Source: Selaginella moellendorffii (lineage: Eukaryota; Plantae; Lycopodiophyta). Taken from it: 64,000 nt of DNA. A model generated the notes under the pieces. It was not told the DNA's origin, made no database searches, and saw only the letters and a list, made by a program, of their open reading frames with translations. Of this stretch, positions 1 to 13,799 are shown one piece after another. Each line of letters begins with the position of its first letter. The stretch's first letter is position 1. The stretch spans positions 3,279,060-3,343,059 of the forward strand of contig NW_003314269.1 of assembly GCF_000143415.4 (NCBI RefSeq), written 5' to 3'. The translations under genes were made by a program, and so were the position numbers.

Positions 1-1989
1 CACATCATTCCCTCTTTGGAACAGTAATATTAGGTTGATATTCCATAATTTTTGTCACTTATTTGGCTTTACCCAAGAAATTAAAAAATATCTACAACTT
101 ATATTTTATATGGCAAAAGGTTTTTCTGTTAAATATACTAGGTTCATTTTTTAGTGAAATATGGCTGGAAATAAAAATAAAAAAAATTATAGAGATAAAA
201 AAGAACTTTTAAAGTTTATATTAATATGGAAATGGTATTAAGTAATGAATTAATCTATTGTAAATATAGTAATATTATTTATTCTATAAGAAAATAATTT
301 GCTACATATCTTATCTATTAATTTTTCAGTTAAGAAATTTAAATAAAAGCCAATCTGCAACATTTTTAATGTATCATGGTTCTATGAAAAAAATATTAAC
401 CTGATAAAATTTCAAATGTAATAGAAATTATGAGAGCATATATTTCCATGAATTATAAATTTATCTAATTTTAGAAATTATAGCTATAAAGTCTATAAAT
501 ATATGTATGTATATGTATTACCTTTCTCTAAAATCCTAGATGTAGTTACAAGAATTAATAGAATTATGTTTTGGGAAGATATAAAAAAATTATATATACT
601 GTAATTTACCATATAAAGAAAAAAAATTTTAAAAAATTTTAAAAACAGAAATTTGACTTTAGTATAACTATACATATAAGTATTAAATTACAACTATGTG
701 CAAAATTTTAAACTATATTTAATTAAAAAGTAATGTTAAAATATAGAAAATATAGGATTTGATATTAATAAAATACTTTATTTAAGATTGATATTATGCA
801 ATATTGTACAGTTTATTAATTTGTCAAATCTTGTAAATAATGTGCAGAATGAAGAATATGAGATGCAATAGAGTTTAGTATATAAGCATACTATATGCTA
901 TTTGCATATAGCAATGTTTGGTTTACTTAATAATATTTTAATATTATTTATTTATCCATTTGATAGTTACAAGATTAATGTTTTCACATAAGACTGTAGA
1001 ATAGACTAATATATACCAGAAAGTTTTATAACTATAACTACAAGTTTATTCTAAATGAATAACACCTATTAGATGGTAGAATATCCCAAAATATCTAAAT
1101 ATATTTTAGGTATATCTACTCCCAAGCAAACAAAAAATTCAATACATTCATTTCAACTTTTGCTAAATTAATTTTAGTTTTACATTTGAATGTTTTTCTT
1201 GAATGATTAAGTTTATTTTTATTGAAGAGTGTCTATTTTTTTTTTAATTTAATTTTAAATGTCAAATAAGAATTAAAGATAGTCTTTACAAATGAGATAG
1301 AAGTAAATATTAGGCAACATCTACATTTGTTTTGTTTTGGTTGTATATGTATGGCAACTAATATGTGCTTGCGTATGAGAGTATTATATATTTACATAAG
1401 TGTGGATTTTTTTATTTATTTTGAGTTGCATAAAAAAATATAATGCATATAATCAGTTTATAATTGTTATATAAGAAATCAAAATGTGATTGTGCATATA
1501 ATATTTTTGTTATAGCTATGCCATATATGCATGGTGTATGATACCTTAGATTGCAATGTAAAACTAATGTCACATTATCCCAGACAACATGACGTCATTG
1601 CAAATCTTACAAGGGTTTTATGTGAGCAAGTATGCAACATAGATTTTACATAAGCAAGAATGCAGTACTAATTTATATAATGTGAGATAAATATTCCACA
1701 ACTCTCCTTTTCCTTTTACAATGTCATGTAAAGATGAGTAATCTATGGAGTAATGGGACAAGAAGCACCATCACTAAATTGTGGTATTGAATGGAAGATT
1801 CTCATCTCATCACTGCACAAATTACAATGGAGTGTCTAGTTGATACTTTCTTAGTCATAGCCACTAGCTTTTATTCCTTTAACAAGCATGCAAATGTTAA
1901 TTTTTATATTGATTAGCCATAAGTGTATATGTAACTTTGTTTCTCTTATTGATCTTCACCAAAGCCTTTGCATCTTTGAGATGCCTGGC

Positions 1990-2620
1990 CCGCTTGACTG
2001 CATCCATCAAGCGCCCAAAGAACTCTTTGCCGAGCATATAGATAGCTCAGCTCTAGAGGCATAAATTTGAAAACCATCATTGCCTTATCTAAATGGTTTA
2101 TTCATCCCAAGAGATCAATTACTCCATGGTAGTACTCACATCCAAGGTAGATTCTATACTTCATCTTCATTGCATATAAACACTCTTTTCCCTGTTTTAC
2201 AAGCCCCACATGGCTAGAAGTGCTAATGATTGACAGAAATGTAAAGCTATTGGGATGAAGGCTGAGATCTTGCATGTTATGAAAGCTTTCAAACATGGAG
2301 ATAGTGTCTTCTTGGGGACCATATCCAGCTACAAGTGCCATCTAGGTTAAAAGATCTTCTGACAGCACCAAATTGAAAACTTGTTAAGCAAAGACCACAC
2401 TTCCAACTTTGCAATAGAAGTTGATTAGGCACATCACTATGACTTGATTGCTCTCTAGTCCATAGTGGCAACTTTTTGCATGTGCTCTTCATCCCAATTG
2501 CCAAGCCCCAATGTTGCTGCAAGCTTTGAGCCCCATTGGCACTTTTGCTTCTTTGAGTTGCCTAATAGTGCAAAACTATACCTTACTCCAATGCCACCAG
2601 TTTCATGAAAATTCCATCCA
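1990..2620 (-). pseudogene. Degenerate PLS-class pentatricopeptide repeat (PPR) gene fragment
   Basis: ORF 2102-2341 reads ALVAGYG...MQDLSLHPNSFTFLSIISTSSHVGLVKQGKECLYAMKMKYRI...YHGVIDLLG, matching PLS PPR motifs (PNxxTFxSxLxACSHxGLVxEG...HYxCxVDLLGR). It is broken by stops and frameshifts; boundaries are approximate. Confidence 0.65.
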
Positions 2621-4149
2621 TCTCCTTGCTTTCTTCTCTAGTAGCAAGACTCACATAGCTTCGAGAATTTAGGATATAACTGTTAGATTGTATGGCTTAA
2701 AATAATTCTAATATTAAAACTTTAAGTATATGATGTTAAGGTTGTTTATTGTTAAAGGAGTTTTATGGTTGATGCTTATGCTTTTTCTGAAGTTCCTCTC
2801 TCTTCTCCACTCTCTTCTAATATTTATGACGAGGGCCTATCGAGTAATATAACCAACCAAGATTTTCTACTTTAATAACAAAGTAACCATAGGATCACCT
2901 TTTGATAATGTCCAAAAACCATGCAAATATGCATAAAGCTTTTTGAAACCCTAAATTGCTACTAAATACTCCTTCTTTAATGTGGAGTAGATCAATTTTA
3001 TTGGTTGTAATGTATGGTTGATATATGTAATAAGATGATGTTGATTAGACACACTCAGGCTTTTTTGCATCAACACACCTCCAAGATTGATATTAAAAAC
3101 ATCCACATTTAAAATAAAAGGTCAAGTGTAAAAGAGAATGAAGAAATAAGAGCAAAAAGCATAATTATGAACATTGAGCAAAACATTGCTAAAAAATTTT
3201 GCTTTCAAAGACAAATTGCAATGCCTCTTACCTCCACTAATGTGAGTGCTTAGAAATAAGTATATTAATTAGGGTTTAGACCCTTACTTATATGAAAAAA
3301 TGGACGGATTAAATTCAATCCCAAATTAATATGCTATAGTACTATAATTAGCATATTACCTAGGTAAGATAAGTTTAAACCTTCAAAAAATGATCATCTG
3401 TAGATACAAGATAAAACTATGTTATACTTAACAAATTTTTCTCAATAAAAACTGATAAGAAAATCTTACTTAAAATATTTAGATATATTTATTAATCATA
3501 ATTTTTACAATATTTATTTAAAATTACAAATATGCAATATTGGTACTTATATTACTAATTTCACAACTCAACATTTGAGATAAAAAAATTAATTAAAAAG
3601 TCCACACTCTCAAGAGAACACATAAACTCTGGAAAACAACATCATCAAAATTTTGCATCATCAAAGAAGTGGACTTCCCACTTAATAACAATTGTAAAAC
3701 AAAGACTTTTAATAACACTCACAGCTAGGATACATGCTCAACTTAAAACTTTAGCAAAAGTGACTCATCTTTTGAAACAAGAGAATACTTAACACTAGAA
3801 TTGATCAAAGACTTTCGACCAATGAAACAAAATAAAAATCTCAACTTCACTTATACGCTTAACATCTAAACTAATATAAAGAGGAGAAAACACTCAACTC
3901 AAAACCAAACTAAGAATGAAAATTATAAGAGTCACAAATGATTGATATATCAAGTGAAGGAAATATTCTAAATGAGGAAACAAACACTAAGAACATATAA
4001 AGGTGGTTCAGGCTAAGAAATATCAAAAAGTTGGGAAAAATTTGAACACAAAAAAAAAGGATCAAATGGCTTATAAGCTTTCATGAGAAATATGGTATCC
4101 AAAATAAGTTGTGTTTTTGGACCCAAATACACACTTTAACCACTTTAGC

Positions 4150-4686
4150 TTTAAATCAATGTTTTGCAACTGATTTAATAGTTTACAAATATCATAAATG
4201 TGCTCTTCTCATGTCCCCTCTAAATGGATGAAGACATCATTGATAAAGCCATTAGTCACCTTTAGCTATTGCAAAAAACTTTGTCTATCATCTGTTAAAA
4301 AGTTGTTGAAACATTGGTTAAACTAAATGGTATTAGAACTCGTAAAAACTAAATGGTGTACGAAAAACAATATTATGAACATTTTTCTCAACCATCAACA
4401 CTTACCAGTACCTAGAAGCAAGATTTAACATAGTGAATCAACAACTTCTCCTTAAACAATTTAGAAGATCAATAATGTGAGGAAAAGGGTACATATCTAG
4501 GATAGTCACTTTGTTTAATAAATAATAGTTAATGCATAAGCAAATACTTTTATTAGGCTTCATCATAAGATGAAGTTCATATGCCCAAGGACTCTGAGAC
4601 TTTCGAATAACACCCTTCTCTAACATTTCCTTAATGTTTATGAGTAAAATCTTGATTTTCTTTAGTGACTAATGTCAAACAGAAAC
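4150..4686 (-). mobile_element. Degenerate Ty3/Gypsy reverse transcriptase fragment
   Basis: ORF 4438-4626 MLEKGVIRKSQSPWA...KPNKSICLCINYYLLNKVTILDMYPFPHIIDLL matches the Gypsy RT N-terminus (GxIxxSxSPW...KxxGxxRxCxDYRxLNxxTxxDxYPLPxIxDL). Confidence 0.8.
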
Positions 4687-4691
4687 CTTGA

Positions 4692-6335
4692 TGTGAGACA
4701 CAAAATCCCTAGGCCCCCAAAGTGGAGCCGGAAGGGCTCCACGTGGTAGTGGCCGAAGCGAAAGCCAAACGAGCGTAACACGTTTGGACTAAAAGCTCCG
4801 ACTTGGAAGGTCGAGAGTGGGAGTGGAACTCCCAACAAAGTGCTCGAGGAGCAAGCACGAGGCAACCAATAAGCAAGGCTCCAAAAAGGGACCCAAAAAG
4901 GACCAACACATGACACGTGGAAGTGTCTGAGATGGAGTCCGAGGTGGACCGAGACGGAGTCCGAGATGGAGTCCGAGATGGAGTCCGAGATGGAGTCCAA
5001 GATGGAGTCCGAGATAGAGTCCGAGGTGGACTGAGACGGAGTCCGAGATGGAGTCCGAGATGGACCGAGACGGAGTCCGAGATGGAGTCCGAGACGAAGT
5101 CCAAGGTGGACTGAGACGGAGTCTGAGATGGAGTCCAAGATGGACCGAGATGGAGTCCGAGATGGACCCGAGATGGAATCCGAGATGGAGTCCGAGAAGG
5201 ACCTGAGATGGAGTCTGAGGTCGAGACCGAGACCGGGACCGAGACCGAGACCGAGACCAAGACCGAGACCGAGACCGAGATCGGGACCGAGACCGAGGCC
5301 GAGGCCGAGTCCGAGTCCGAGTCCGAGTCCGAGTCTGAGAGGGTGAAAGCCCAAAACGTTCGTCTCCCAGACCCTGGGGGGTTTGGTGAGCTCCAAAAGT
5401 ATAGTAAGGGGGAGGATTGCAGTGGAGCCAGTTTGGCCAGGAAAGGCCAATTTGGCCCAGGAAGGCCAGACCCAGTGTTGGGTGATGAATTGACCACTGG
5501 GAAGTCCAAAATTAGAGTGAATATAGACCGATAAGCGGGGTAGCTTGGTGAAGTGTTCAAGAGCTGGCTCTAGTTCCCCCGGGAGATCGACTGGCCGATG
5601 CTCCCAGTCCAAGTGTGGGTGGCACTACCTACTTGGATACCTAGTGTGGCTTAACAGAACCTCGCTCTAAGCCCATGGCTAGAGCACCTAAAGGCGGAAG
5701 GTGGGGAGAGTACCCACAGGGCTCGTGTAGGGCCATGGTGTTCCGAAATGTTGTCCCGAAGTCCCAAATGGGGGAAAGGAGGAGGAGCAGTCCTCTAGTG
5801 TAATGACTACGGATACGGTCACATGGTGAGGAAGTCCCAAAGGACAATGGGACTTAGTGGCCGGGCCTGCGGGCCTTGATTTAGTAGCAGTGTTGGTGAA
5901 CATGGCCATGGACGGGAAAGGGACTTGGTAGGAACTGACAAAGGGATATTGGGAAAGGCTATTCCCCATGTCTGTGGGCATCCTAAGGATGCTCAAGAGT
6001 GGATCTGGAATGATCACTCGTGGATGGATGGCCCAGTCTTTGAGAAACGGGACTGTGATGCAGGTGGTGTTAAACCACCAGTGTGACCAAGGTGAATGGG
6101 CATGGCTTTAGCATAACGGGCTGATATGTTAGTGGTACCTTGGGGTGTCAGTCATGGGATCGGACACGTGGGGCACTTAGACCAAGTGCAAAGGTTGAGT
6201 GGTGGGGATGCCATTCTAGGGGCTAGCAAGCCCAAGTCCGAAATAAAACTTATGGAGGTTGTGAGTGAGACTCCTCCAAGTGGTCGGAGATGTAGTTAAG
6301 TGACTAAAGTAAAATGGAAAAATCTTTCACTTACA
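4692..6335 (+). mobile_element. Solo LTR (1644 bp) inserted in the older Gypsy pol
   Basis: Starts TG (tgtgagacac) and ends CA (cttaca). Flanked by an identical 5-bp CTTGA at 4687-4691 and 6336-6340. A homologous copy at 48818-50898 is followed by a PBS, which gives the orientation. Confidence 0.85.
4928..5340 (+). repeat. Tandem array inside the LTR: 12-mers GAGATGGAGTCC, then 6-mers GAGACC/GAGTCC
   Basis: Direct reading of the sequence; it explains the low-complexity ORFs in all frames. Confidence 0.9.
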
Positions 6336-6340
6336 CTTGA

Positions 6341-6950
6341 TTAGACAAGTATCCCCAGTTGAAATGTTGCAATTTTAGCTATAGACGACAGATTAAAGTC
6401 AAAGAGATTAGCCTTCTTGAGATTAGCCTATAGATTACTCCTTCTTGAGTCATTCCACAATTGCGACACAGAGATTGTAAAAAGGATTGGAAGAGGGAAC
6501 AAAGGAACAAAATGGAAACATAAAAAGAAGTAATGGGGAAACAAAAGTGATGGAAATAGAAGTAGAAGCATAAGGACGAAAAAGAACAAAAGTGAGAGGA
6601 ATAGAAAAAATATAAGGAAGTATGAGACAAGAGGGAGAACTCTCAAAGTCACACTTAGTATGATTGCATAGCAACCAATCTATATTAAGGATGAGGTCAA
6701 AAGCTTGACTCGGCACCACTTGCAATAACTGCAGCTCAAACTCGAAACTACCCACACGCATCACTAGGTTTGCTTCATCCTATGCACATATATGTGTATG
6801 CCCGTTCCCATACAGAATGAAAATTGGCTCCTCTATACAATGCAACTATAAATGGCAGCATATGGCAATAGGCCAAGCAGAATTCAAGTCTATATCAACT
6901 AATACAAAGAGAATAATAAGAGACCTCTTGTTATAAAAATGAGTTTGAAA
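6341..6950 (-). mobile_element. Degenerate Gypsy protease region, upstream part of the pol split by the solo LTR
   Basis: ORF 6450-6764 contains RVGSFEFELQLLQVV...FDLILNIDWL, resembling the retropepsin C-terminal DxILGxDWL motif. Same strand as the RT fragment. Confidence 0.55.
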
Positions 6951-7007
6951 TGTAAATACTAGATGAATTAGTGCTAAGTGAACCTTGATTACCAATATAA
7001 ACCACCG

Positions 7008-7885
7008 TGAATTTGTAAATTTCACAATCAGTACTCAGCCAAATGCTAACAATTGAATTGACATTAGTGTTGAGTTCAACAGTGATACTACCAAGCCTGG
7101 TTGCAATGACTGTTCATTCCTTTGCTAGGAACCTTGTGAAGGTGATAGCACTCACCAATACTATAAAAGAGGAAATTTTTATTTATTGTCTTCTGTTTCT
7201 AGTCTAGTAGTGCTAGACTAAAATGAGTGGGAAAATACTAACCATATAAAATTTTTAGACTAAGAAAAAAGAATCTTATTAAAAAATAAATATAACAATA
7301 TAGAAAATAACAAACAAGATGATTTTATTAGAGAGAACAAAATTAATTGATGATTTTTTAAAATTGTAATAACTTAAATAAATAGAAGATATAAGGTCCA
7401 AATGTATGGTTTTGATGCCATATATTAATATTAGTATAGTGGGATTTTGGTAACCATCGGATTGTTACTTAGATGAATTCACTCATATGAGTGAATATGA
7501 TTGTTACCAAATTTTAAAAATTTTAAAAATTTTAAAAATTCATCAATTAATTTTGTTTTCTCTAATAAAATCATCTTGTTTGTTATTTTCTATATTGTTA
7601 TATTTATTTTTTAATAAGATTCTTTTTTCTTAGTCTAAAAATTTTATATGGTTAGTATTTTCCCACTCATTTTAGTCTAGCACTACTAGACTAGAAACAG
7701 AAGACAATAAATAAAAATTTCCTCTTTTATAGTATTGGTGAGTGCTATCACCTTCACAGGGTTCCTAGCAAAGGAATGAACAATCATTGCAACCAGGCTT
7801 GGTAGTTTCACTGTTGAACTCAACACTAATGTCAATTCAATTGTTAGCATTTGGCTGAGTACTGATTGTGAAACTTACAGATTCA
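7008..7885. repeat. Long near-perfect inverted repeat (arms about 7008-7365 and 7528-7885, spacer about 160 bp)
   Basis: Left arm tgaatttgtaaatttcacaatcagtactcagcc... is the reverse complement of ...ggctgagtactgattgtgaaacttacagattca, with only scattered mismatches. Confidence 0.95.
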
Positions 7886-7926
7886 AATTTTAATCATCTG
7901 GAAGATTCTACAGTCAACTTCTTTAA

Positions 7927-9543
7927 TCAGGTTCGCTTGTGAAGTTTGACATTCAGTCCATTTTGTGGCATTGGCATGGGATCCATTGTAACCCCTTCGT
8001 CAGGATCGGCCAGCTGCCAGTCGAACCTCAGAACCAGATGATGCAGCAGCACCAACATCACCATCTTGGCGTATTCGTTGCCCGGACACATGCGAGGACC
8101 TCCTCCGAATGGAACATATGTGTATGGAGTTGGGCCGTCGCCTTCGAAGCGGCTTGGATCGAATTTTTCTGGATCCGGGAAGAACTCAGGCAACCTGTGA
8201 GACACCACCGTCCAGCAAGCCTGTAACAGAACAACCGATGAAGCTGAAATAAGATCAAGACGGGATATAGCCCCTACCTTCCAGCCTTTGGGGATCAGAT
8301 AATCGCCAAACTCGAAGTCTTGGATAACCTCTCTATATCCACTTAGTGCTGGAGGTTGCAACCTCAAAGTCTCTTGCAAGACTCTCCAGCTCACCTTCAT
8401 TCCTCGAAGATCATCCCATTCCAGGCTGTAGCCGTCCTGACCACTCTTCTCCTGCGAGATTGCCAGATTTTCTGCACAAGTGCAGCATTCAGTATTAAAA
8501 GCCATCGCAGGAATATCATTGATCATGAGGATGATCCGCAGCTTCTATAAGATCAAGTTCGGCTGCTTACCTTGAAGAACCTGGTTCCTCCAGTAGGGAT
8601 TCTCAGCCAGGAACTTCAATGACAGGGTGAGAGTTGAAGAGCTGGTGTCATGTGCAGCGAAGAGGAGCAGCAGCAGATTGTCTTTGATCTCAGCATCGGT
8701 GCAAGCGGGCTTTCCATCTTCATTCCGGTAAGACAACATCACCGAGAGCATATCACTGGATTCAGATGCCCTGCCTTGCAGGAACTCCTGCCTCCTCTTA
8801 GAAATCAACCGGCCCAGAAGGTCATGGATAACCTCTCGCCTTTTCAGAGCCTTGTGAAACAAAGTCCCTGGAATGTTCACAGGCAGCTGGAGTAGTCCTT
8901 TGGTCCAGATCGCAAACGGCTCCTCTAGCTCAAGCTGCTCCTCCTCCGTCTCCAGACTCATGAACGAGCTACAGGCCACAGAGAATATGAAGCTCTTGAC
9001 AGCAGGATAGATCGCAAATTCTTCACCAGCGTAAGCTTCCCAATGATCTTCCAAGTGCTTCAAGCTCAACTGGCTCACCCTCGGAACATACCTCTGTAGG
9101 GCTTCCGGCTTGAGGAACGACATGAACACCTTCTTCATCCGCTTGAAATCCTCACCCGTCAGGCTAGTGAGGGAACCAGGACCCAGAAGGCGTTTGAATC
9201 CCACAGGCCAGCTATTGACCATCAGTTTCTCCTCGCTGCCGAACAGTAATTTGTGACCTGCTGGGGCGGGCAGGATGACAACAGGGGAGCCGAGCAGCGA
9301 CATCTTGAAAACCGGGCCGTACTTGGCCCGCTTCTCGCCGTAAAAGCGCCACGGATCATTGCGCTTGAGCGCTTTCACAAAATTCAGAGAGTCGCCAATC
9401 ACAGGGACTCCCAGACTCCCAGGAGGGACGCGCCCCTTGCTGCTGCTGCTGCTGTTGCTGCTGCTGTTCCGGAGGAATTGAAGAAGAGATCTGGTGAGGA
9501 TGAGGAGCGCTGTGGAGACGAGAAAGAACACTACTATCATCAT
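7927..9543 (-). CDS. Cytochrome P450, CYP85 clan (CYP716-like); exons 9543-8571, 8471-8278, 8220-7927
   Basis: N-terminal TM helix, PPGSLGVPVIG hinge, I-helix AAHDTS, ETLR, FDPSRF and heme motif FGGGPRMCPG. GT-AG introns restore the frame. Confidence 0.92.
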
Positions 9544-10056
9544 TTGGTCTATTGCTGTTGCCCCCTTCGGATTCTACATTATCAGGATATACCCTTATTT
9601 AGTCAACAACTCAGAAGAAGCGGATATGTGGTGCAATTTATCTATCAACTCTCTTAGCGCCAATCCAAAAAATGTAAGTTAGTCACCTTTGCTCATCTAG
9701 CCGCTCCATGCCCCACCTTGCACCATGCTCCATGCAAGGTAATCTTTCTCCTACCTCTCAACTCCAAACCAAGCTCTAAAGCTCCACACTCCACTCTCCA
9801 CGGTCTATTCTCCACTCCTCGCTCTTCCACCCTCCTAGTCAAACCGCAGCTCCTCGCTCCTGTGCTCGCCTACCTATCATTTGACCAACGATCTTTGATT
9901 AAAGTCGTTGGTGGTTGATTTGTATTATTGTGATCGTAAAGAGGAGACCATAGATAGCATAGGTTGTTTAAATGCACATACTCAAATCCATTGGGCATGT
10001 GAAAGGTTTCTTTAATGTTAAAACCCTAGAACTAAGTAGATTTTAGGTTTTTCGAG

Positions 10057-12603
10057 ATGATCGAGGACGACGAGTGGGACTTGGCAACGATGCTGGAGAT
10101 CGATCGCCTGGAGGCCTCTGCAGTGAAGGCGAGCCAGCGCCAGCAGCGAGCAGCACCAGCCGCGCATTTGTCAGAACTCGACGAATGGGACGTTGGCGCC
10201 TTAGGGATGGAAGTGTCCTGCCCACAGGTAAGTTCTCTGCCTTGACCTTCGTGATCCAAGCTCGCTACTTTCCTACGCAGCTGCAAAATGCGAACCAGAA
10301 CTTGGATGCTGCTCAGGTGAAGGGACTTGAAATTTTTTCTCAAGAAATTTTTGATGGGCTGCAGCAAGAAATCGAGCGTCTTTCCGCAGAGCTTCGGCTC
10401 AAGGTAGTATCTCGCTGAGAAAAGATACTAAGAAACACTGGAGCAATGTAGGATCAAGAGATTTTGGAAGCAAAACGTCAGAGCTTACAGAAGGAGGAGC
10501 ACTTGCAAGAGGCAATAGAAGTCATGCAACGAGAAATCTGTGCACTCAAGAAACAGTACGCTCTATACTTATTTGCTGAAATGGAAACATTCCTTACTGA
10601 AACTTTCAGGTCCGATGCTGCAGTTGGGGAGAAACGAAAGCGAGAAATCCTGGCTTGTCAGGTTGCATCTTTCAAGGCCGTGGATTCATCAAAGCCAGGG
10701 GTTACAAACATTGATGACAGTTCTGGTATGGTTTACCATCGGCTTCTTTTCTATACTCTCAACTTCCACTTTCAGCTGGCGATACCGTGAAAAGTGGTGC
10801 TGATGCTTCTCAGGTCTGCGAAGATTTTCATTCACCCTCACCTGTGAATCTGATGCAGGCAGGTCGCGAACCGGTTCCGTTTTCTTATGCAGACTCCTCC
10901 GATGTCTTGCAAAAACTCCACAGCATATGGCGCATAAAACCCAGAGAAGCTGGAAGCGAACTTCTTACAAGAATATTTACATCGTGTGAGAGGGACTTAT
11001 ATGCCCTTCTCCGGTCTGAAGATACAGAGATGGAACACTCGCTCAGGTCACAGGCAAGCGTTCAAGCGTCAGGAACTTGTGCCGGAAACCTGTGTGAGGC
11101 GCTCAAGCAGGTGAGTTGAACATTTCTTCTCGTGATTCATTACATCGCGCTTGGATGCACAGGTCATACAGGGGCTCCGCTCCGCACATACGTTAATTAC
11201 CCCGCTATCTAGTTATTTAAGCTCACAAAATGTGAGTATTTTGTCCACTATGCTTTGGTTTTATTGTTTGTTTTCTTCTCTTTTGGCAGACGTTGATAGT
11301 ACGAAGTGCCTTGCGTGTATTTCAATGCCTGGTAGGGAACACATGGAGTATTTTCTATAGGTGCTCTTTCTATTTCCTCTTTGGATCATGTGTATTGAGC
11401 TGTTTGTTCAGGCAATCTTATTTAGAAAGCTGTCAAACAGAAGGCAATGGGTGGCATAAAGATGATCTCTGTGGTCACGTTTTCTCCTCTCCGAGAGTTA
11501 CGAGCAACCTGAAAACTTCGGCGAGCTCAAATGAAGACGTGAGAAGAGGAATTCCGACGGATGAAGGGACAGCGCTTCGATTTTTAAATTCGACGCTGCA
11601 ACTAGCCCAAAGCCATGCTGATACAGGAGTGAAGCAGGAAGCACTGTCGCTTGTTGTCTCATTTGTCATCCATACAAATCCTACGCATGAAAGATCACGG
11701 TACGAAAGCACCTTGATACTGTTTTTTCTTTACTTCTGTATTGTTCGTTCAACAGGGTTGGAACTGTCCTCCTTGAAGCCGGAATAATTTTGTTGCTTAA
11801 GAAAAGCGTTGCTGTTTCTTCAGCTGTGCAACTTCAGGCTGTGCGAATTGTACATCTTCTTATCAATTGTAAGGTCTGTCGTTTGCATCGCTAGTCATTG
11901 TATCTCAACTTACACTCTGCATTGCAGGTCCTAGGATTTTGGAAATCATTTGTAGTCCTGCAGGGCAACTTGCAAGCATTTTCAAGGACTTGTGTGCATG
12001 CCTAACACAAGATGAAGATCCCGTTCAGGTGAGAGCTATCAACGTGCCGCATTTCTCTAAACCTTAGATACTTGCCAGGACTATTGGCTGCGGAAGTCCA
12101 CCCTGCTCTCGATAGCGTTTCTCATGTCAGCTAAACAAGAACGTGTTCTGGCTCTGGTTCAAGAAGACGGTGCTGTTTCAAACGTGGCGAGAGATCTTAT
12201 TTCCTTTCTGGACTTGGAGCTTAGATACGAGGAAATGAAGAAAAATGGTTCCAACACCAGCGACAGGTACTCCAATGGTGTTTTTGTTTTAATCAGTCAT
12301 TCACAACCATTCCATGGAACCATACTGCGCAGGTCACCTTTGCTGCCGGAAGCAGTGGCTCTGCTTTTTCAGCTCGGCTCTCATGCAGCAACAGCGACTT
12401 CGCTTTTAACAAAAACTCCCGAAGCGGCAACCCGAAGCTTGAGTGTGACCAACAGGCTAGTCGCCCTCGGCTCACAATGCTGCGTTTCAAAGTCTGGTAG
12501 AAAACCATTCGCGTCAACGTCCTCCATGAGCGTGGTGGAAATGGCAAAGATCCTGAGAAGCAAGATTCTCGCGAGCTTTAGAGATGCTTCGGTTGTATCA
12601 TGA
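10057..12603 (+). CDS. SUV2: SENSITIVE TO UV 2 / ATRIP ortholog (ATR-interacting protein), multi-exon
   Basis: Acidic N-terminus MIEDDEWDLATMLEIDRLE, coiled coil QQEIERLSAEL, then LIVRSALRVFQCL and VKQEALSLV...AVRIVHLLINCPRIL. These recall plant SUV2 motifs (HRSLRVLHVLL; VRLEAVSIM; LLLNCPKL). Many short GT-AG introns; telo-box aaaccctag at about 10021. Confidence 0.75.
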
Positions 12604-13799
12604 CATACACTTTTATTCACACTCACAGGTGCGTGTATGTATCATATTTAATCACAGGCGCTTGCACAGTTTTGAGCTTAACACGAGTGGAAACATCGAG
12701 AGGGAGTTTAGAGTGCGACAGTGGATGATTTTTACTTGTGCAACCTTGGCTCTTCTTCAGGTACTTCTCGTATTCGATTGATGGTGATTGACCACCTTCT
12801 ATCTAGAACTCGCCGGGTACAGGAACAGACTATTCGGGCCTGAATATACAAGGTACTTTTCACTCGTTGATCGAACCATCACCATCTCTCTCATCTCGCC
12901 TTGACTTGTGGATGGATTTTTTCAGTTCCTGTGTGCATCATTCATCTCCTTGGCGAGTAAAGAACGGTGGTTGTCTCCGGTCTAAGCACAAGTTGTGAGC
13001 ACGGGTCTCTCACATAAGCAGGAGGTATTGGTGAATATGATTGATTATCTTTGCGATTTGATCCTTGGAAAACGTGGGAGTTTACAGATGATGCGGTGAT
13101 GATCAGCTGTGACACAAGATAATCTCCAGCACAGACAAACGACAAAGTTCGGTGGGCACTTCATTTTACAAGGGGAGCTGTTCCGTAACGTCTTAGTCTT
13201 AAGCGCCTGCGGGAGGATGACTGGTATTATTTTAATCCGTAAGAGAAGGTGCTTCGCTGCACATAGACAATGGCGAGGGAACACTACTTGCAGGTTTGAA
13301 ACTTCAACACTCCGTGATGAGCTAACTAAAGCGCCTCCTTTCCCTTTTTATATTGCAGTTTTGATTCAGACGGGTACATGATATCCGGAGAAACAAGAAC
13401 ATGTTCTTGAGAGCCATACGTAGCTAGCCAGCTGGTAGAGACTTTTGCTGGCTTTTGCTGGATTGGAGAAGCGAGCTTTCAATCTGGGGAGCGTCAAGCG
13501 CCGCAGAGCTTGCAAGTTTCGCGAATGCACGGAAGAGGAGGAACCGAAAGGAACCAAAACTTCCAAGTTCCAGCCCGAATGTGAGGTGGCTCTTGGTACG
13601 GAAGTGACAACCAAACGTTGTCCTCTCTATACACGCTGCTTCATATTTACAACGAGCGGAGACGAGATGAGACTCTCTTCACCAGCATATACACAAGGTT
13701 CATATCAGATCAGACACTACATTACTTGCTAGAAACGAACAGTATTTACTTTCGAATGGTGTACCACTTCTTTGCAGGAAGAAAGCGACGAAACCAAGA

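Noticed and set aside
1730-1870. Possible DYW-domain remnant downstream of the PPR fragment (QFSDGASC)
   Set aside because: Too degenerate; no HxE or CxxC motif and no DYW end recognisable.
4662-5612. Long ORFs (316 aa, 283 aa) rich in LG, SD and RP dipeptides; similar ones at 49160-49885
   Set aside because: They are by-products of the stop-free 6/12-mer array inside an LTR, not genes.
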